From the NCBI GenBank assembly GCA_905178155.1, contig CAJINV010000010.1, forward strand, positions 1,992,778 to 2,056,777: a stretch of 64,000 nt of DNA. Direction: 5' to 3'. Below the pieces are notes generated by a model. That model did no database searches. It saw only the letters and a program-made list of their open reading frames with translations, and was not told where the DNA came from. The stretch comes from Amoebophrya sp. A120 (lineage: Eukaryota; Protista; Dinoflagellata). The position numbers and the translations under genes are program-made. Below are positions 12,974 to 25,616 of this stretch, in pieces (position 1 is the first letter of the stretch; each line of letters starts with the position of its first letter).

Positions 12974-15041
12974 TCAACATGATCGTACTCGGAGCTCTTT
13001 CTGCAGCCGCTCGACGTCCGGTGTAGAAGTGGTGCCGGTGCTGACAACCGAGGGGCTCGCGTGAAGTTGCTGCTGCTGTTGCAGTTGTTCTTGCTGCTGC
13101 ACAGCAGTAGAGCGCCCCGCCGCGGCGGTCGTTCTGCCAGTCGTCCCCGTAGTAGAGGACGGCGAGGGAGAGGAGCAGGAATCTCCGTTGCAGTACGTGT
13201 TTTCGTTTTGATGCTCAACACGAGCTTGATACTATGCTACAGAAAAGTACACTAACAGATACTACTTACACCCATACGCATTGACTCATACTTCCGTGTC
13301 TACAACTTTTCTTTCACTGACATGACCACTAGGGTAGGGGTAGAGCTAGGGGCAGAAGTCCCACGTCTCGATAGAAATAAAGGCCGCTTCTGCACTACAT
13401 TTCGCATCATGGAGAAAAAGTTGAGTTTTTCGGCATCATTTCAGCACTTTGCAAATTTTCTTTTTCTTTTACTGGGCCGCCTAGAGCTGCCACTACATCT
13501 ACAACTGCAGCCATAGAGGGGCAGCTTGGGAACACATAAAGCTAGCTGTAGTGAGACACTGTCATGTTGTACTTTTCTGTACGATAAAGCTGCGGCCGAG
13601 TTTGCGTTCGTGTTTCCGGTGGCTTTTTCCTTTTCCAGAAACCCCGCGTTCTCAGCACCCCGCTTCGTTCCTGATCCTGCTGCGAATTGGTTCCCTCCGC
13701 CGTCTATCCACTGCAAATATGTCTGGGTCTGGAAACTTGCATTCATGAGGCGTGCATAGTGAACGCTCTCGCTCTGAGTAATCAATGCACAGCCAAGCAT
13801 GAGAAATATTTGCGCGGGAGCTTAGCGCTTCGTTTTCCGCATGACAGAGACAGACTGGGACTGCAGCGTTGTTGCATGACAAGCAAAAAGGTCTCTTGTT
13901 CTTGGACACGCATCCCAGACTGTTCCGTATCAGTCATGCCAGACAAGCATGGCAAACCTTGCATCCTTCCAGACCCAGACATTTTGGCAATGCATACCGT
14001 CTCCAGCGTCGGAGCGAAACTCCATAGGTGCGTCGTCAGAAAGAAGATCGCTGCTTCGGCGGGAAAGCTATCCTGCGTAAAAACACCGCACTCGTAGTAC
14101 TCGCAGTCATGCATTACAAATCTCCAACCCAAGGCAAAACAGCATGACAAATTCCATTTGTCATGCTGAGCCAATGTGTAATGCGATTACTACTAGTACG
14201 ATACTTTTGCAATGCATAAAAGCGCCGAGGCCTCCTGCTCCGCCGGCATCGCAGCATCAGGACTGAACGGAGAACTGCCCCCGGGAAGGTCCTCCGGCGT
14301 CAGAGAAGAAGATGGTACAGCCCCACCATCTGTGGGTGTGCCACCTGCCAGAGCTTCTTGTGCTCTGGCGTGTTTGTTTTTCGAGCCACGCAGGTTTCCG
14401 AACCGGCGCGGTGTAGCAGTCCCTGCGGAAGAAAGGGCCTGTTGCCCACCACTTCGTCCCCCTCCACCTCCCAACCAGCTGGGTAGAAGGTGCTGGTACT
14501 GAAGCCAGGAAAAAGCTGTAGCCGGGGCGGAGCTGCTTGGCTGCTCAGCTCCTGCGAGATGAGCTGCGTTGTGGTCATTTTTGTGTTCCGCAGCAAAGGA
14601 GCGCTCCTTCGACGCTTCGTCAGCACCGGGATTGGGCGGATCGAGAGTGGTCAACACGGAGTTTTTCGCTTTGTCAACTTCTTGTTCCTGCTCCCCTGGT
14701 AGAAGTGTTGCACCAGCAGGAGGAAGAGGACCATCGCCAGGTGGAACACCGCCTGAACTCCTTTTTGTTGAGGTAATCAAAGAAGTAGATGCTTCGGTAG
14801 TACTTCCCGTGACCAGTGCGCCGGGCTGGATCGCTTCCGCTATTTGGGTTATTCCCGCAATGCTGAGAAAGAGAAGGAGAAGTCCCACCACGCCGACCAC
14901 TGCCAGTACCGGCCGGCTGGTGCTACCGATCGTCGTGCTCCGACTTCCGTGGGTGAAAAATGTTGACAGCCACATCATAGCTGCTGTGCCGGGTTGCTTG
15001 TTGGCGGGGTCTTGCCGCAACTTGTTCGTGGTGGTCCACAA
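12974..15041 (-). CDS. Hypothetical membrane/secreted low-complexity protein, 4 exons
   Basis: N-terminal hydrophobic stretch VLAVVGVVGLLLLFLSIAGI; frame continuous after removing 3 TIR elements; stop near 12974. Confidence 0.55.
13233..13586. mobile_element. TIR introner, singleton, decayed
   Basis: TATGCTACAGAAAAGTAC...GTACTTTTCTGTACGATA; DR not conserved. Confidence 0.65.
13705..13996. mobile_element. TIR introner family A
   Basis: DR CCGTC. Confidence 0.9.
14069..14218. mobile_element. TIR introner family B
   Basis: DR AAAGC. Confidence 0.9.
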
Positions 15042-16673
15042 TTTGTTTGTTTCGAAAATGTCGTTCTTGCGTACGATTCTGTTGTACGAGGAGCCGTACT
15101 ATTTTTTTCTTGTCGACGCGGTTCCCCGTAGTTGTGATGAAGTCTTTCCTCTCGGTGTTCGTATGTAAATATCGTACTTATGTTTGTAGAGGTGGTCCTC
15201 GTCTCCAGATGTATGAAAAACAGCGGGAGAGCTGCAGCCGGCGTCGTGTGCAACTCCAGCTCGGCTCTCCCCGTGGTTCCCTCTTTGATTTTCGCCGTTG
15301 GCAAAGTATACGAAGTAAAAATAAATCGCTTGCAGTTTTAGTGGAAGGGATACCTCCACAACTTCGGTGATAGAGTGCAGTTCGTTCTGAAATAAGATGA
15401 AAAAAAGAAGGAAAACAAATCCACCTCGGCAACGTGCTTTCTTATCGTTGATATAATAATTTACTGAAAGTTTAGGACCTACTGCGTGCCGGGGGGCCTC
15501 GTTAGATCTACTTGTATTAGGTTGATTAACAGTCAAAAGCAAAACTAGAAATGCTCAAATGCGAAAGGAAAATTATACTAGGGGTCGCTTAAATCATAAG
15601 TTGCGGGGAGCAACAATGACAATGTTGCCGTCTACACAAAATGCAGACAGAAAGAGAGAGTTCTTCTTCTTGTGTTGATGTACGTAATAAATTACTTAAA
15701 AACTTGGCGTGACAGGAGCAGAAAGACAGAGAAATATTGCGAATGCAATGTCTCAGCCACAACTTCTACGGGGGATGCAGCAGTTCAAAATGTCACTGTG
15801 AGTGCGAGATTGAAAGGAAAAAAAAGTTCATCATCTGACAGCAGAACCTGTAGGGTGATTTATTTGATCGCCACGAACGAAACAACTGCACTCGGTTCTC
15901 TACATCTTTGAACGAATCAACAGTGTTTGACAAAGTGTAGTTGCAACGACCGACCAGAACGAAGAGCGTACAGGTCGTACGGGTGAAAGACTGATGTCCA
16001 GCATCACGATGTATTATTGCACCGATTTTGTTTCCAGTGCTCCTTGCATGACACGCAAGCCGCACTTTTTCATTTCACTCTTCGCACCACCGAGCCTGCT
16101 GGCCAGAAAATTGGACGAAAAGAAAAACGAGAAGCAAGAATTGGCTACCGATATCACGTGATGCACCGCAGGACGAGGTCGGGTTGAGAAGTAGAGCCAA
16201 ACTTAGTCGTACTGCCAACTTAAATTTTCTTTTTCTATGGACGGAAAACGAAAATACAACTCGCTAATACCGAAAAATATGAGTTGTGGATACACGAACA
16301 GCAACGAGCACTACAATACCGACGCAAATGATAGAGAGCACGAAGACGACCGAAAAAATTAAGCGGAACTACGACGAAGACCGATAGGCATTCCTGAGCT
16401 ATTCTGTCGTCGTGGTCGTCTGCAGCTTACGTGGCGGGCCAGCGCGCTGAACAGCATTTCTTTGTGAAGATTTGTTCACACATCACTACTTGCAGTGAGC
16501 GAGAGTGGAGTGAGGTGGTTACTTATTTCATTCATGTTTTAACAGCTCCTGCTCAAAACAGCCAAGGACTCGAGTGGTATTTCAATTTCTTTGCTGGTGG
16601 TGCCGGGAGGTAGCAATGACAAAATCATATTCATACATTTAGCACATAAAATTTGACTTTTCATCGCTCCCTT

Positions 16674-18406
16674 CTACTTGCCACCCTGCACTTGTTTTCG
16701 TTCCCTCGCGGCGCCAGCCCCGCTGCCGCCTTGACCTTCCCGCACGGCTTTCACGTCTTGCTCGTCCATTTGCGGCATGTATCAAGTGCAAATATGTCTG
16801 GGTCTGGAAACCGAAAGTTGTAATGCCAAATGTGAAGAATGATAGACGCACTGCAATGCGCAGCTATGCATGACAAAGTTCTTGGCTGCCATGTCTTACG
16901 TATTCCGCATGGCAAACTGCGTTTCTGCATGACAGGTAAGAGCGCCTTTTCGTGCCTACGCAACACAGATTCTCGAGTCATGCCAGACAGGCATGACAAA
17001 CTTGCATTCTTTCAGACCCAGACATTTTTGCAATTAATAGCATGAGTTTGGGCATCAGGTAGACAAACCCGAACATGAAAGCCATCATGAGCACCATGGG
17101 CGATTTATGCATTGCAAAAGTATCGCACTCGTATAAATTGCATTACAAATTTCCTCAGCATGAGATGAAATGAAATTTGGAATGCGGATTTAGCTTCAGC
17201 AAAAAATTTGCAATGCATGATTGCAATTACTACGAGTACGATACTTTTGCACAGGATACGATTTGAAAAGCGACAAGATATTGAAGTCCTCCCGTTCCTC
17301 AAAATACATCTTCACGTTGGAGGGCGCGAGCTCGAGGGGGTACCTGAAGCCGGGACGTATCATTAAGAGTTGCCAACTATAATGCGTACAACAGGCACGA
17401 GCTTTCATGCTTACTTCGGTGGTGCGCTGTGCAATGTCACCACTCATTTTTAAGTTGCTTTTCGAGTCATCAAACAAAACAGAGCTTTTCGAGTCATCAA
17501 ACAAAACATTTCAATACTTCAATTTCTTCCCTTTCCCATACAGCGCATCCGACAGGTAGGGTGTGATTTTCGGCATACTATCCGACTCCGCGTCCGATAC
17601 GTGTCCCACGTCGATCAAAACGGGGTCGAACCACAAAATTGGGTGGACAATGTCAAGACTGTAATTCGGCTCTCCGGTCAACACGTCCGTGATTTCGAAT
17701 TCACCCTTGGCTGTCGGGTGCACTATCCGCGTGTCCACATTGTTTGAGAGAATCAGCTTGGTGCTGGACAGGGCCTGGTGAGCGGTTTTTTGCTTTTTCA
17801 TGCAGAAATTTTGACATGATGATAAACGTCATTGCTTGTGATGCTGTGATGCCGCGTCATTGCTTGTCATGCTGTGATGATGTGGACAGAGTTTCACAAG
17901 AAGGCGCAGGCTTCGTAGCGCCTTGTGCTTTCACGCTCATTCTCTCTCAAGAAGCAAGATCTCTGTACAACCTCAACCACCTGTAGCTGCAGCAGCAAAT
18001 AAGTAAAAAATACGTCCTTCGTGAGTCGGAAATGCGGGGGTATTTTGATCACGCCCTGAATACTGGTGGTCGCTGGTTCCGGTGGTAGAGAAGCCGAGGA
18101 GGCGAAGCAGTCGAGACCGAGGTAAGAGGTGCTTACTGTCGCTGCGACAACGGCTCTCGTGAAGGCACGCGTTACTCCTGTCGTTAAAGACGTGGAGGTG
18201 CGGGGGGACTTATGTTGTCCGGACATTGCCCGGAAATTGTTTGTATTCCTCCTCCGCGGCGGCACACTCCGTCCGGTCCTCTTGCTCGTCCTACTAATTG
18301 TTCCGGTCATCTTCGAGGACGAACTATCTTCTGGTGAGAAGCTGCAGCTGGAGCTGCTGCTCTCTGTCGCCAAGACAATGCTGGTGTCGCGCATCGAAAA
18401 TGCCAT
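16674..18406 (-). CDS. EMC7: ER membrane protein complex subunit 7 (DUF2012)
   Basis: TAKGEFEITDV..NYSLDIVHPILWFDPVLIDV and YFEEREDFNILSLFKSPMVLMMAFMFGFVYLMPKLM resemble the EMC7 beta domain and TM; 2 intact TIR introns, 1 GT-AG intron, 1 degenerate intron (~17786-18012). Confidence 0.8.
16780..17039. mobile_element. TIR introner family A
   Basis: DR GCATG. Confidence 0.9.
17106..17258. mobile_element. TIR introner family B
   Basis: DR CGATT. Confidence 0.9.
17344..17517 (-). other. Canonical GT-AG intron in EMC7 containing a 2 x 27-bp tandem repeat
   Basis: AA|GTATTG...TTCAG|GTAC joins to LKYPLE. Confidence 0.75.
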
Positions 18407-19856
18407 TTTCTTTCGAATAGTTTGCTGGTCGTCGATCGGGTCAAATATATACTCTAGAAGTTAAGCAGCATGGATGTGCTTTTTTGTACTGAATTCAAAT
18501 ACTTTTTCTACTTTTACTCGATCTTAGTCACCTACGAAGATTTCTCGTGTGTTTTACCTAAAAATTAAATTTAGAATTATGAAAAGTTTATTTTTGTCGC
18601 TAATAACTGGGCTTGTGATCATCCATGTCGCTGCAGGTCGAGAGTAAATTATGGCACATCCTCTTCTGAATCTGAGGCAATGTCTGGTATTTTGAAAAAA
18701 TAAAAAACATCATCATCAACATCATCTAGTAGTCGGTTTCAGCAGTGCTTGTACGAATTCCAGCGCGCCGCAGATTCATCTTGGCACAAACCACCTAATA
18801 AATAATGATCTGCTTCATCATTAAGAAGCTTGCTGTCGTGAGTGTGATCTTCTGGCGTCCTTTGACTACATCTTCGGTTGGGAGCGGAAAAAAAAAGTTG
18901 GTATGCGTAAGTGCTGTTCTTGAGCTTCGTCACTTGGAGGTCGACCGCTGTCGATAGAGACGACAGGGATAAGCCACCCCCGATGCATGGAAGCAAAAAC
19001 TCACCTCCAGAAAAATAGCTACAACAGGTGGAGCCAAAACGAAGATTAGAACAATATCGACTTTGACGCCACTGACCCAAAATGCGCCGGTCGGCGTGAA
19101 GACTTCACTTTTCGGCGAATTTCTTTTCCAAAAAAAAAGCGTATTTGGTTCGAGTCTTTTGCTTCACACAGGTTCTACTTCGAGAAGTTGCGGAGAGAAA
19201 TTTTGTTTTTGTCCATTTTACTACCATAATTAGACCTGTCGTTTGACAGGTCGTGCATTCGACACGCAGTTGTTCAAGTTCGTTAGTTACTACATACATG
19301 TACGCGCAAAAAAATCTGGCTCTGGTCGTACCTGGAGCGTAGGCAGAGTTCTTTGTAAAGGCTGTTCGTGGTCCTAGGTAAAATTCACGACGTTAGCGCA
19401 CCAATGGCGACGCGGTGCTAGTGAAGAACATCGATAAATTCAACCCTAAATGAACAGCCAAATGAGTTCTTTCTGTAAGGATGATGACGAGCTTTTTTTT
19501 CGGTCTCTTATAAGCATCTGACACTCCCAACAACTGACACAATGGAGGTTCAACGTATTGATGTATCCTCCTTCCTAGCTTATGTGAGAAGTCGACTGCA
19601 ACTTCTATTAACAAGCCAGAGTTCAACTTCAACGACTATCTATATAAAAGCTGCTGCACACTAAACCTAAAGAGAGATCGGCTGAAAAAGTTCAAATCGC
19701 TGGAAAGCTCAGAAAGTACGACTTGCGATTGTCAAGCGGACAACGAGGGCAGCGACGAGAGACAGTGTAGGATAGTAAATTGCAAGTAGAAGTACTTTAC
19801 AACGATGGATTACCGATCACAGGTTCAGAAGTGAAAAACAAAAATCTTCATCTACT

Positions 19857-22800
19857 TCACCCCGATTTCCTCTTTTTCGCGGCCGGTCCGCCACTGAAAA
19901 ACTCCGTGACTTTCATTTGTCGCTTGTTTCCCGCCCCGGTACCCGAGGAACCACCTCCAGCACCCTTCTATCAAAATGGAAAATCCCCCCTCCCCATATT
20001 GAAAGCCTATGTTTCCGAAAATTTGCGCTGCTGATTTGAGGCCACAAATCAGATGTGTCTTGCAAGACGACAAGGGCAGAAGCTTCCGCCTTATTAGGGG
20101 AGCGATTTGTCATGCTGGCGGGCTTAAAGGGGAGCCGTTTGCCATGCTGAACAACTAGACCCGTACGCCCCTACCTAGCCTGGGGATCTGGCGGCAATGC
20201 CTTCCTGCAATACAGAGTTGATTTGTGTACACAAATCCAGCATCAGAAATTTCGTTTTGATATGGGGAGGTGGGATTTTTCCTTGCAATACCTTCCCCGC
20301 CGGTATTTCGAACTCCGCCACTCCGGGCGTGCCCGCGATCCTCTTCGGACTGGCAGCCTTCTTCCCGACCTTGATTTCGTCGGATGAGATTTTGAACGCG
20401 TTCAGATTCGCTTTCGACGCTTTTCCGTGGTCCACGATGGGGTAGGGGTAGTCCTTTCCCAGGACGCAGTTGGCCTGTTTCTGCACCTCCGCGTTCATGA
20501 GCCAGGGCTTGTAGATGAATTTGCTGTATCAAGTGCAAAAGTGTCTGGGTCTGGAAAGAATGGAACTTGTCATGCAGATTTTACATGACCCGTGACGTCT
20601 GTGATGTATTCCCTAGCATCTTCACAGACTTTCTGACGACGTCTTGATGCCTATTCCGCATGGCAAATGGCCTCCCCGCGTAGCACAAACTCACTGGACT
20701 CCTCTTGCTGGTCATGCAATACAGATTTTTTTCGAATCCAACGTTAGCATCACAAGTTCCAACTTTCCAGACCCAGACATTTTTGCATTCCATATACTGG
20801 GCACGTTCTTCAGTTCCGGGACAAACCGCTTCACGAACTCGCCCGTCTGCTCCATGTGCAATGCAAAAGCATCGTACTAGTATGAATTGCAATTGCATTA
20901 CAAATTAGCCCAGCATTACAAATCCAATTTGTAACGCTGATTTACTTTGAGAAAGAGATTTGTAATGTATCAACGCAATTACTACGGCTACGATACTTTT
21001 GCAGTGCATACTCCACGTTCAGCGACGACTTGTCGTCCGGGGTCGGGGAATACACCCGGAAGAACGGCATGGAAAAGGGCGCCACCCCGGCGAGCCAGAG
21101 CCAGTATCCTGAGTAAAAACGTTACCCACACCAGAGTCAGGATGGGGATTTTGCAACACAAACCTAGGGGCTTTGTGAGTCACGCATGACAAGTTGCACT
21201 CTGCAGTGTAGTGCAGGTTAGCAAGTGGGAGTGCAGCCGCGTCACAGATTCATCTGCTCATCCTGTTCATAGCATCACAAATTCCAAAACACGATTGGAA
21301 ATGGCTCTCATGCGGATGCGCATTACAAGTCTTCCTGTCTTTGCAAATCTGCATTACAACTCTGGTGTGGGTACGTTTTTACTCAGGATAGCCAGTTCCC
21401 GTTGTTCAGCGACCAGTCGGCGTCCAGTATCAAATGCAAAAATGTCTGGGTCTGGAAGGTTTGAACTTGTGATGCTAACTTTGGACTCTAAAACAATCTG
21501 TATTGCATGACCAGCAAGAGGAGTCTAGTTTGTGCTACGCGGGAAGGGCATTTGTCATGTGGAGTAGGCACCAGGAAGGCCTCTAAAAATCTGTGATGCT
21601 AAGTCGTGCATTACAGACACCCTGGGACTGGGTCATGCAAAACATGCATGGCAAGTCTCAGAATCTTCTAGACCCAGACACTTTTGCATTTAATATCCAG
21701 GAGCAACTTGTCAAAGTGGTCCCGCCCGTAGGTCCAGTGCTGGTACAGGTCCCCGCGGGTGAGAAAGCAGCTGACCGCGTGCCGCCCCAAGTGGTGCATC
21801 CACCCGGTCTCCTTCAGCTGCCGCATCAGGGCGTCGATGTAGGGGTAGCCGGTTTTTCCCTCCTTCCACGCGGTCAAAAACTTGTCGTTCTTGGGCGTCT
21901 GCCACGCGATGGGTTTGCACATCGCGTTGTTGTCGGGCTTGTCCCAGTTTGGCACCACGTACCCCAGCACATAGAACATCTCTCGGAACAGCAGTTGCCC
22001 GTGCAACGACATAGGGGGAATGGCGTGCTTCCCGCCGGGCGCCTTGTCGTAGCACTTTTGGGTCTCGTGCCACAAATGCTTCACGCTGATGCAGCCGAAC
22101 TTCAGATACGGAGACAGCCCGGTGGTCGAGGGTTCCGTCCAGTTACTTTCCTTCTCGCTTAATTTCATCTGGCTTGCGCTTTTCTGGTTGGTGGAGGAGG
22201 TTCTTGGTTTCTCAAACTGACACACGTAGCTGGTTTGACTGGAAACCCGCGCCTGCAACCGCTTCAGCGCCTCCTGTATGCATTGCAAAAGTATCGTACT
22301 AGTATAAATTGCATTACAAATTGGCGTAGCATTACAAATTGAATTTGTAATGCGGATTTGCCTTAAGTGAAAGGTTTGTAATGCATAAACGCAATTAGTA
22401 CGAGTACGAGACTTTTGCACAGGATATCCTGCTCCCCCCCGGGGAACTGCTTTCGCGACATGCCCTTGTTAGAAAACTCAATCTCCTCCTTGCTGTACCC
22501 GACATCGGAGAGTTGCGGCACCCCGAAGTTGCCCGCGGTCACGCTGCTCGGCAGGGGCGGGATCTTTGTTGGCGCCGGTTTCCACATCGGAATGTTGATC
22601 TTTTTCGCGGATTCCGGCGTTTTGGTGAACTTTTTCACCATCTTCGTGATCCCGTTCATGTCCGTCGGTGGTTTCTGCTTCTTATCCGTCTTGAAGGCCT
22701 TCATATCAACTGTAAAAATGTCTGGGTCTGGAAGAATTCATGTTTGTCATGCTTGTCTGGCATGACTCTTAAATCTGTCATGCATGTTACCCAAGAGCTG

Positions 22801-24323
22801 CGTTTTTCTGTGATGCAGAAGCGCAGTTTGTCATGCAGAATAGGCAACACCTAGGAGCTCAGAAACTTGTCATGCTGAGCCAGCATTTGTAGCCTCATAG
22901 TGAGACGCTACCCAGCATCACAAGTTCCCAGACCCAGACATTTTTACATTTGATACTTCATCACCTCGGACAAGTCCATCAACGTGTGCCCGTTCTGGAA
23001 CACTTCGCAACCCACTATGGCGCTCTCAGCTGTTACATCGTCAGCTGTTACATGAATTTGTCATGCAGAAGTACCCTAAGCCGGCTGATGATCGAGCTGC
23101 TTCGCATGACAAATTTTGGAAGGGCTAGACAGCATCTAAATCTGCACCACACTTGTAATGCAAAAGGCGCAATCTTCCTCCTTTCACTTTTGCCAGTCTT
23201 GCATTGCAAATTCATGTAACAGTCGAGAATGTAACATTTGAGAACTCCATACCCACATTCTGCTTCTTGCAGATGTCCTGCGCCTTCTGGTCCCGGATTA
23301 GGGCGTACGGCTCGGAGTCAAATTCGAACACTAGCTTTTGGTATGAACTGCAAAAAGTACCGCACTCGTAGTAAAAATCGTAGGCATGCATGTACTATTC
23401 TGAAGATACATCGTCCGCATTACAAATAGCATTTTGATTTTTCATGCTGAGGAAATTGTTTGTCATGCGATTTATACGACCAGTGCGATACTTTTGCAAT
23501 GCATACGTCGAGTTTGAAGTTGATTTTGTTCACGTTCGGTGTGAGCTTGCTCGGGCTGTTGCCTTTCGATGGGGAGGATGGGCCAGAACCACCACCACCT
23601 CCGACCAGCTTGGAGATCACCTCTTCCGGCTTGCCCTTCAGGATCAGTAACCTCGACTTGTGCTTTTTCTGGAGCTGGGCGTCCAAATCGGTCAGCGATT
23701 CGAGGAGAAATATCAAAAGGATAAATCCCCCCTCCCCATATCGAAAACGAAATTTGTGATGCTGTATTTGAGTACACAAATCGACTTGTAATGCTAGAAG
23801 GCCAAGAGACGCAGCGGTGGCCTCGTTTGCAGGCAATTTGTCATGCTGCTTCCCACTTCCAGCTGCCCCCTGTCATGCTGAAGATGCAAGCCTTTCCCAC
23901 GCCAGCCAGCACTACAGTCCGCATCTTTTCCCTTCTAGCATGACAAAGCGGATGTGAGACCACAAAGATTTGAGTATGGGGTGGGGGATTTTTCATTTTG
24001 ATAAGAAACCGAAACCGGTTCACGCCGACCTTGCTCGTCTCGAACCAGGGGTCAAGTATGCACTGCAAAAAAAGTATCGCACTCGTACGAATTGCCACCG
24101 TGCATGACAAATCTACTTTGCGTAGCTGACTCAGCATTACAAATTTCACTTTTCTTTCTGAGAAAATCTGTGATGCAGTCTGTACTAATACGATATATTT
24201 GCAATGCATATCAAGAACGAAGAAGCAAACCACGTTGTCCGCCTTACTACACGCGTCCAGGAGGGGGAGGTTGTCCGTCAACCGGAGACACTTCCGGAAC
24301 CACACGCCGATGGTCTTGCCCAT
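19857..24323 (-). CDS. (6-4) photolyase / animal-type cryptochrome family protein, 12 exons
   Basis: WFRKCLRLTDN, VGVNRFRFLLESLTDLD, TTGLSPYLKFGCIS, GQLLFRE, WKEGKTGYPYIDALMRQLKETGWMHHLGRHAVSCFLTRGDL, LLDADWSLNNGNW; 11 TIR introns. Confidence 0.93.
19969..20290. mobile_element. TIR introner family C
   Basis: TATCAAAATGGAAAATCCCCCCTCCCCATA...; DR CCTTC. Confidence 0.9.
20527..20794. mobile_element. TIR introner family A
   Basis: DR TGCTG/TACTG. Confidence 0.88.
20855..21010. mobile_element. TIR introner family B
   Basis: DR CTCCA. Confidence 0.88.
21105..21390. mobile_element. TIR introner family G
   Basis: TATCCTGAGTAAAAACGT...ACGTTTTTACTCAGGATA; DR GCCAG. Confidence 0.92.
21428..21695. 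mobile_element. TIR introner family A
   Basis: DR TCCAG. Confidence 0.9.
22277..22426. mobile_element. TIR introner family B
   Basis: DR TCCTG. Confidence 0.9.
22704..22955. mobile_element. TIR introner family A
   Basis: DR CTTCA. Confidence 0.92.
23016..23251. mobile_element. TIR introner family F
   Basis: DR CCCAC. Confidence 0.9.
23342..23505. mobile_element. TIR introner family B
   Basis: DR decayed; frame restored to LVFEFDSEPYA. Confidence 0.8.
23711..24003. mobile_element. TIR introner family C
   Basis: DR AGAAA. Confidence 0.9.
24057..24210. mobile_element. TIR introner family B
   Basis: DR TCAAG. Confidence 0.9.
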
Positions 24324-25616
24324 TTTTGGATGATGACCAATTCGGTCGAATCGTGTTTCTACTTGTGCTGAAAAAAGTGTTCAGAAGTTGCGATGTCGTG
24401 CTTGGGGTAAATGGATTCGCAAACTCAAAAGAGATTGCCGAGCTTTATCAATTCAGATGTTGTCACACTACCAACGTAACTACTGCAGGAAAAAAACTGC
24501 TGCAATTCCTATCATGTATTTTTCAGTTTTCGATATTAAAAACCAAGAGAATGAGAAATATATCTCTACTCACTTCGAGCGCGTCGATTCGTTTAGAGCA
24601 GGGTAGGCTTTGATGGGGTTCGAGGGGCTGTTTATTCTGCACTTTGCAATTGATGGGATTGGGAAGCGGTAGCGAGAAGTTAACACAAACCTAAAAAAAA
24701 AGCTATGTAGAAGTCAGTCTACTTTCAAGACACCATCTTTCGGTTTCGATTCACTACTTCGCACTCGTTACCTTTTTCCCCGAGGTGCATGACCATAAGT
24801 GATAGGGGCGGCGAGTAACACCAGTAACTGTAACAGAAAGAAGCTACTTAATTTTTATCGCAACAGTCAAACGCTTTGCCCTCGCAGATTCGATCCTGAA
24901 CTGACGTCGAGGTGATAAATGGAAAGGGGTCGCCGGTACGCTAGATGAGGATGGGAAAAGACAAACTTTAACTTATCACTTTCACGATCACATGGGAAGT
25001 ACAAGTAGTTAGATGAAAATTCAGTCCGAAAAATCTTCCACCTCAAAGTGTTGCTGATGAATGGAGAGCAAATGAAGCTTCACTCAGCTTCACCGACAGA
25101 GCATCTATTTGATTTTTCAAAGGTGCACTTTCCAATTTTTTTTCAACGAAAACAAGGCAGTCTCACTCGATAATATTACCGCGGTGTAAAAATGTTTTTT
25201 TTCTACGAAAGCGTGTGTTTTACGAATTGCAAATGCTGCCGCGGACACACTTCTAAACATAAGTCGGATCCAGTCTCAAGTTTGTGGCACTAGGTAGCGA
25301 TACACACGAAAAAAACCCGCCATATTTCGCCTGCAGGTGGCAGCTGCGGCCTAATGGGAGCTCCTGTTGCTCGACCACCGGATGACACGACTGACAGATG
25401 ATGGTCGTGAGTGATTCTTTTTGATTCCAGAAAAGTTCCAATCAATTTGCTTTCTACAAATTTCAACTGTACATGAGTCCAGGACATTTCGCGTCTCGCA
25501 TTTTACAAATCAGCCAGTGTCTCAAAAACTAACATGGTCAGAGTCTAGTAATCTGTCATGGCGTAAAAGTCGCAAACTACAGATGAAATAAGCGGAACTT
25601 GATAACAGTCCTAGTT

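Noticed and set aside
18700-19700. Possible small genes here and at 12234-12794 and 27367-27642
   Set aside because: Short ORFs with no recognisable homology or consistent exon structure
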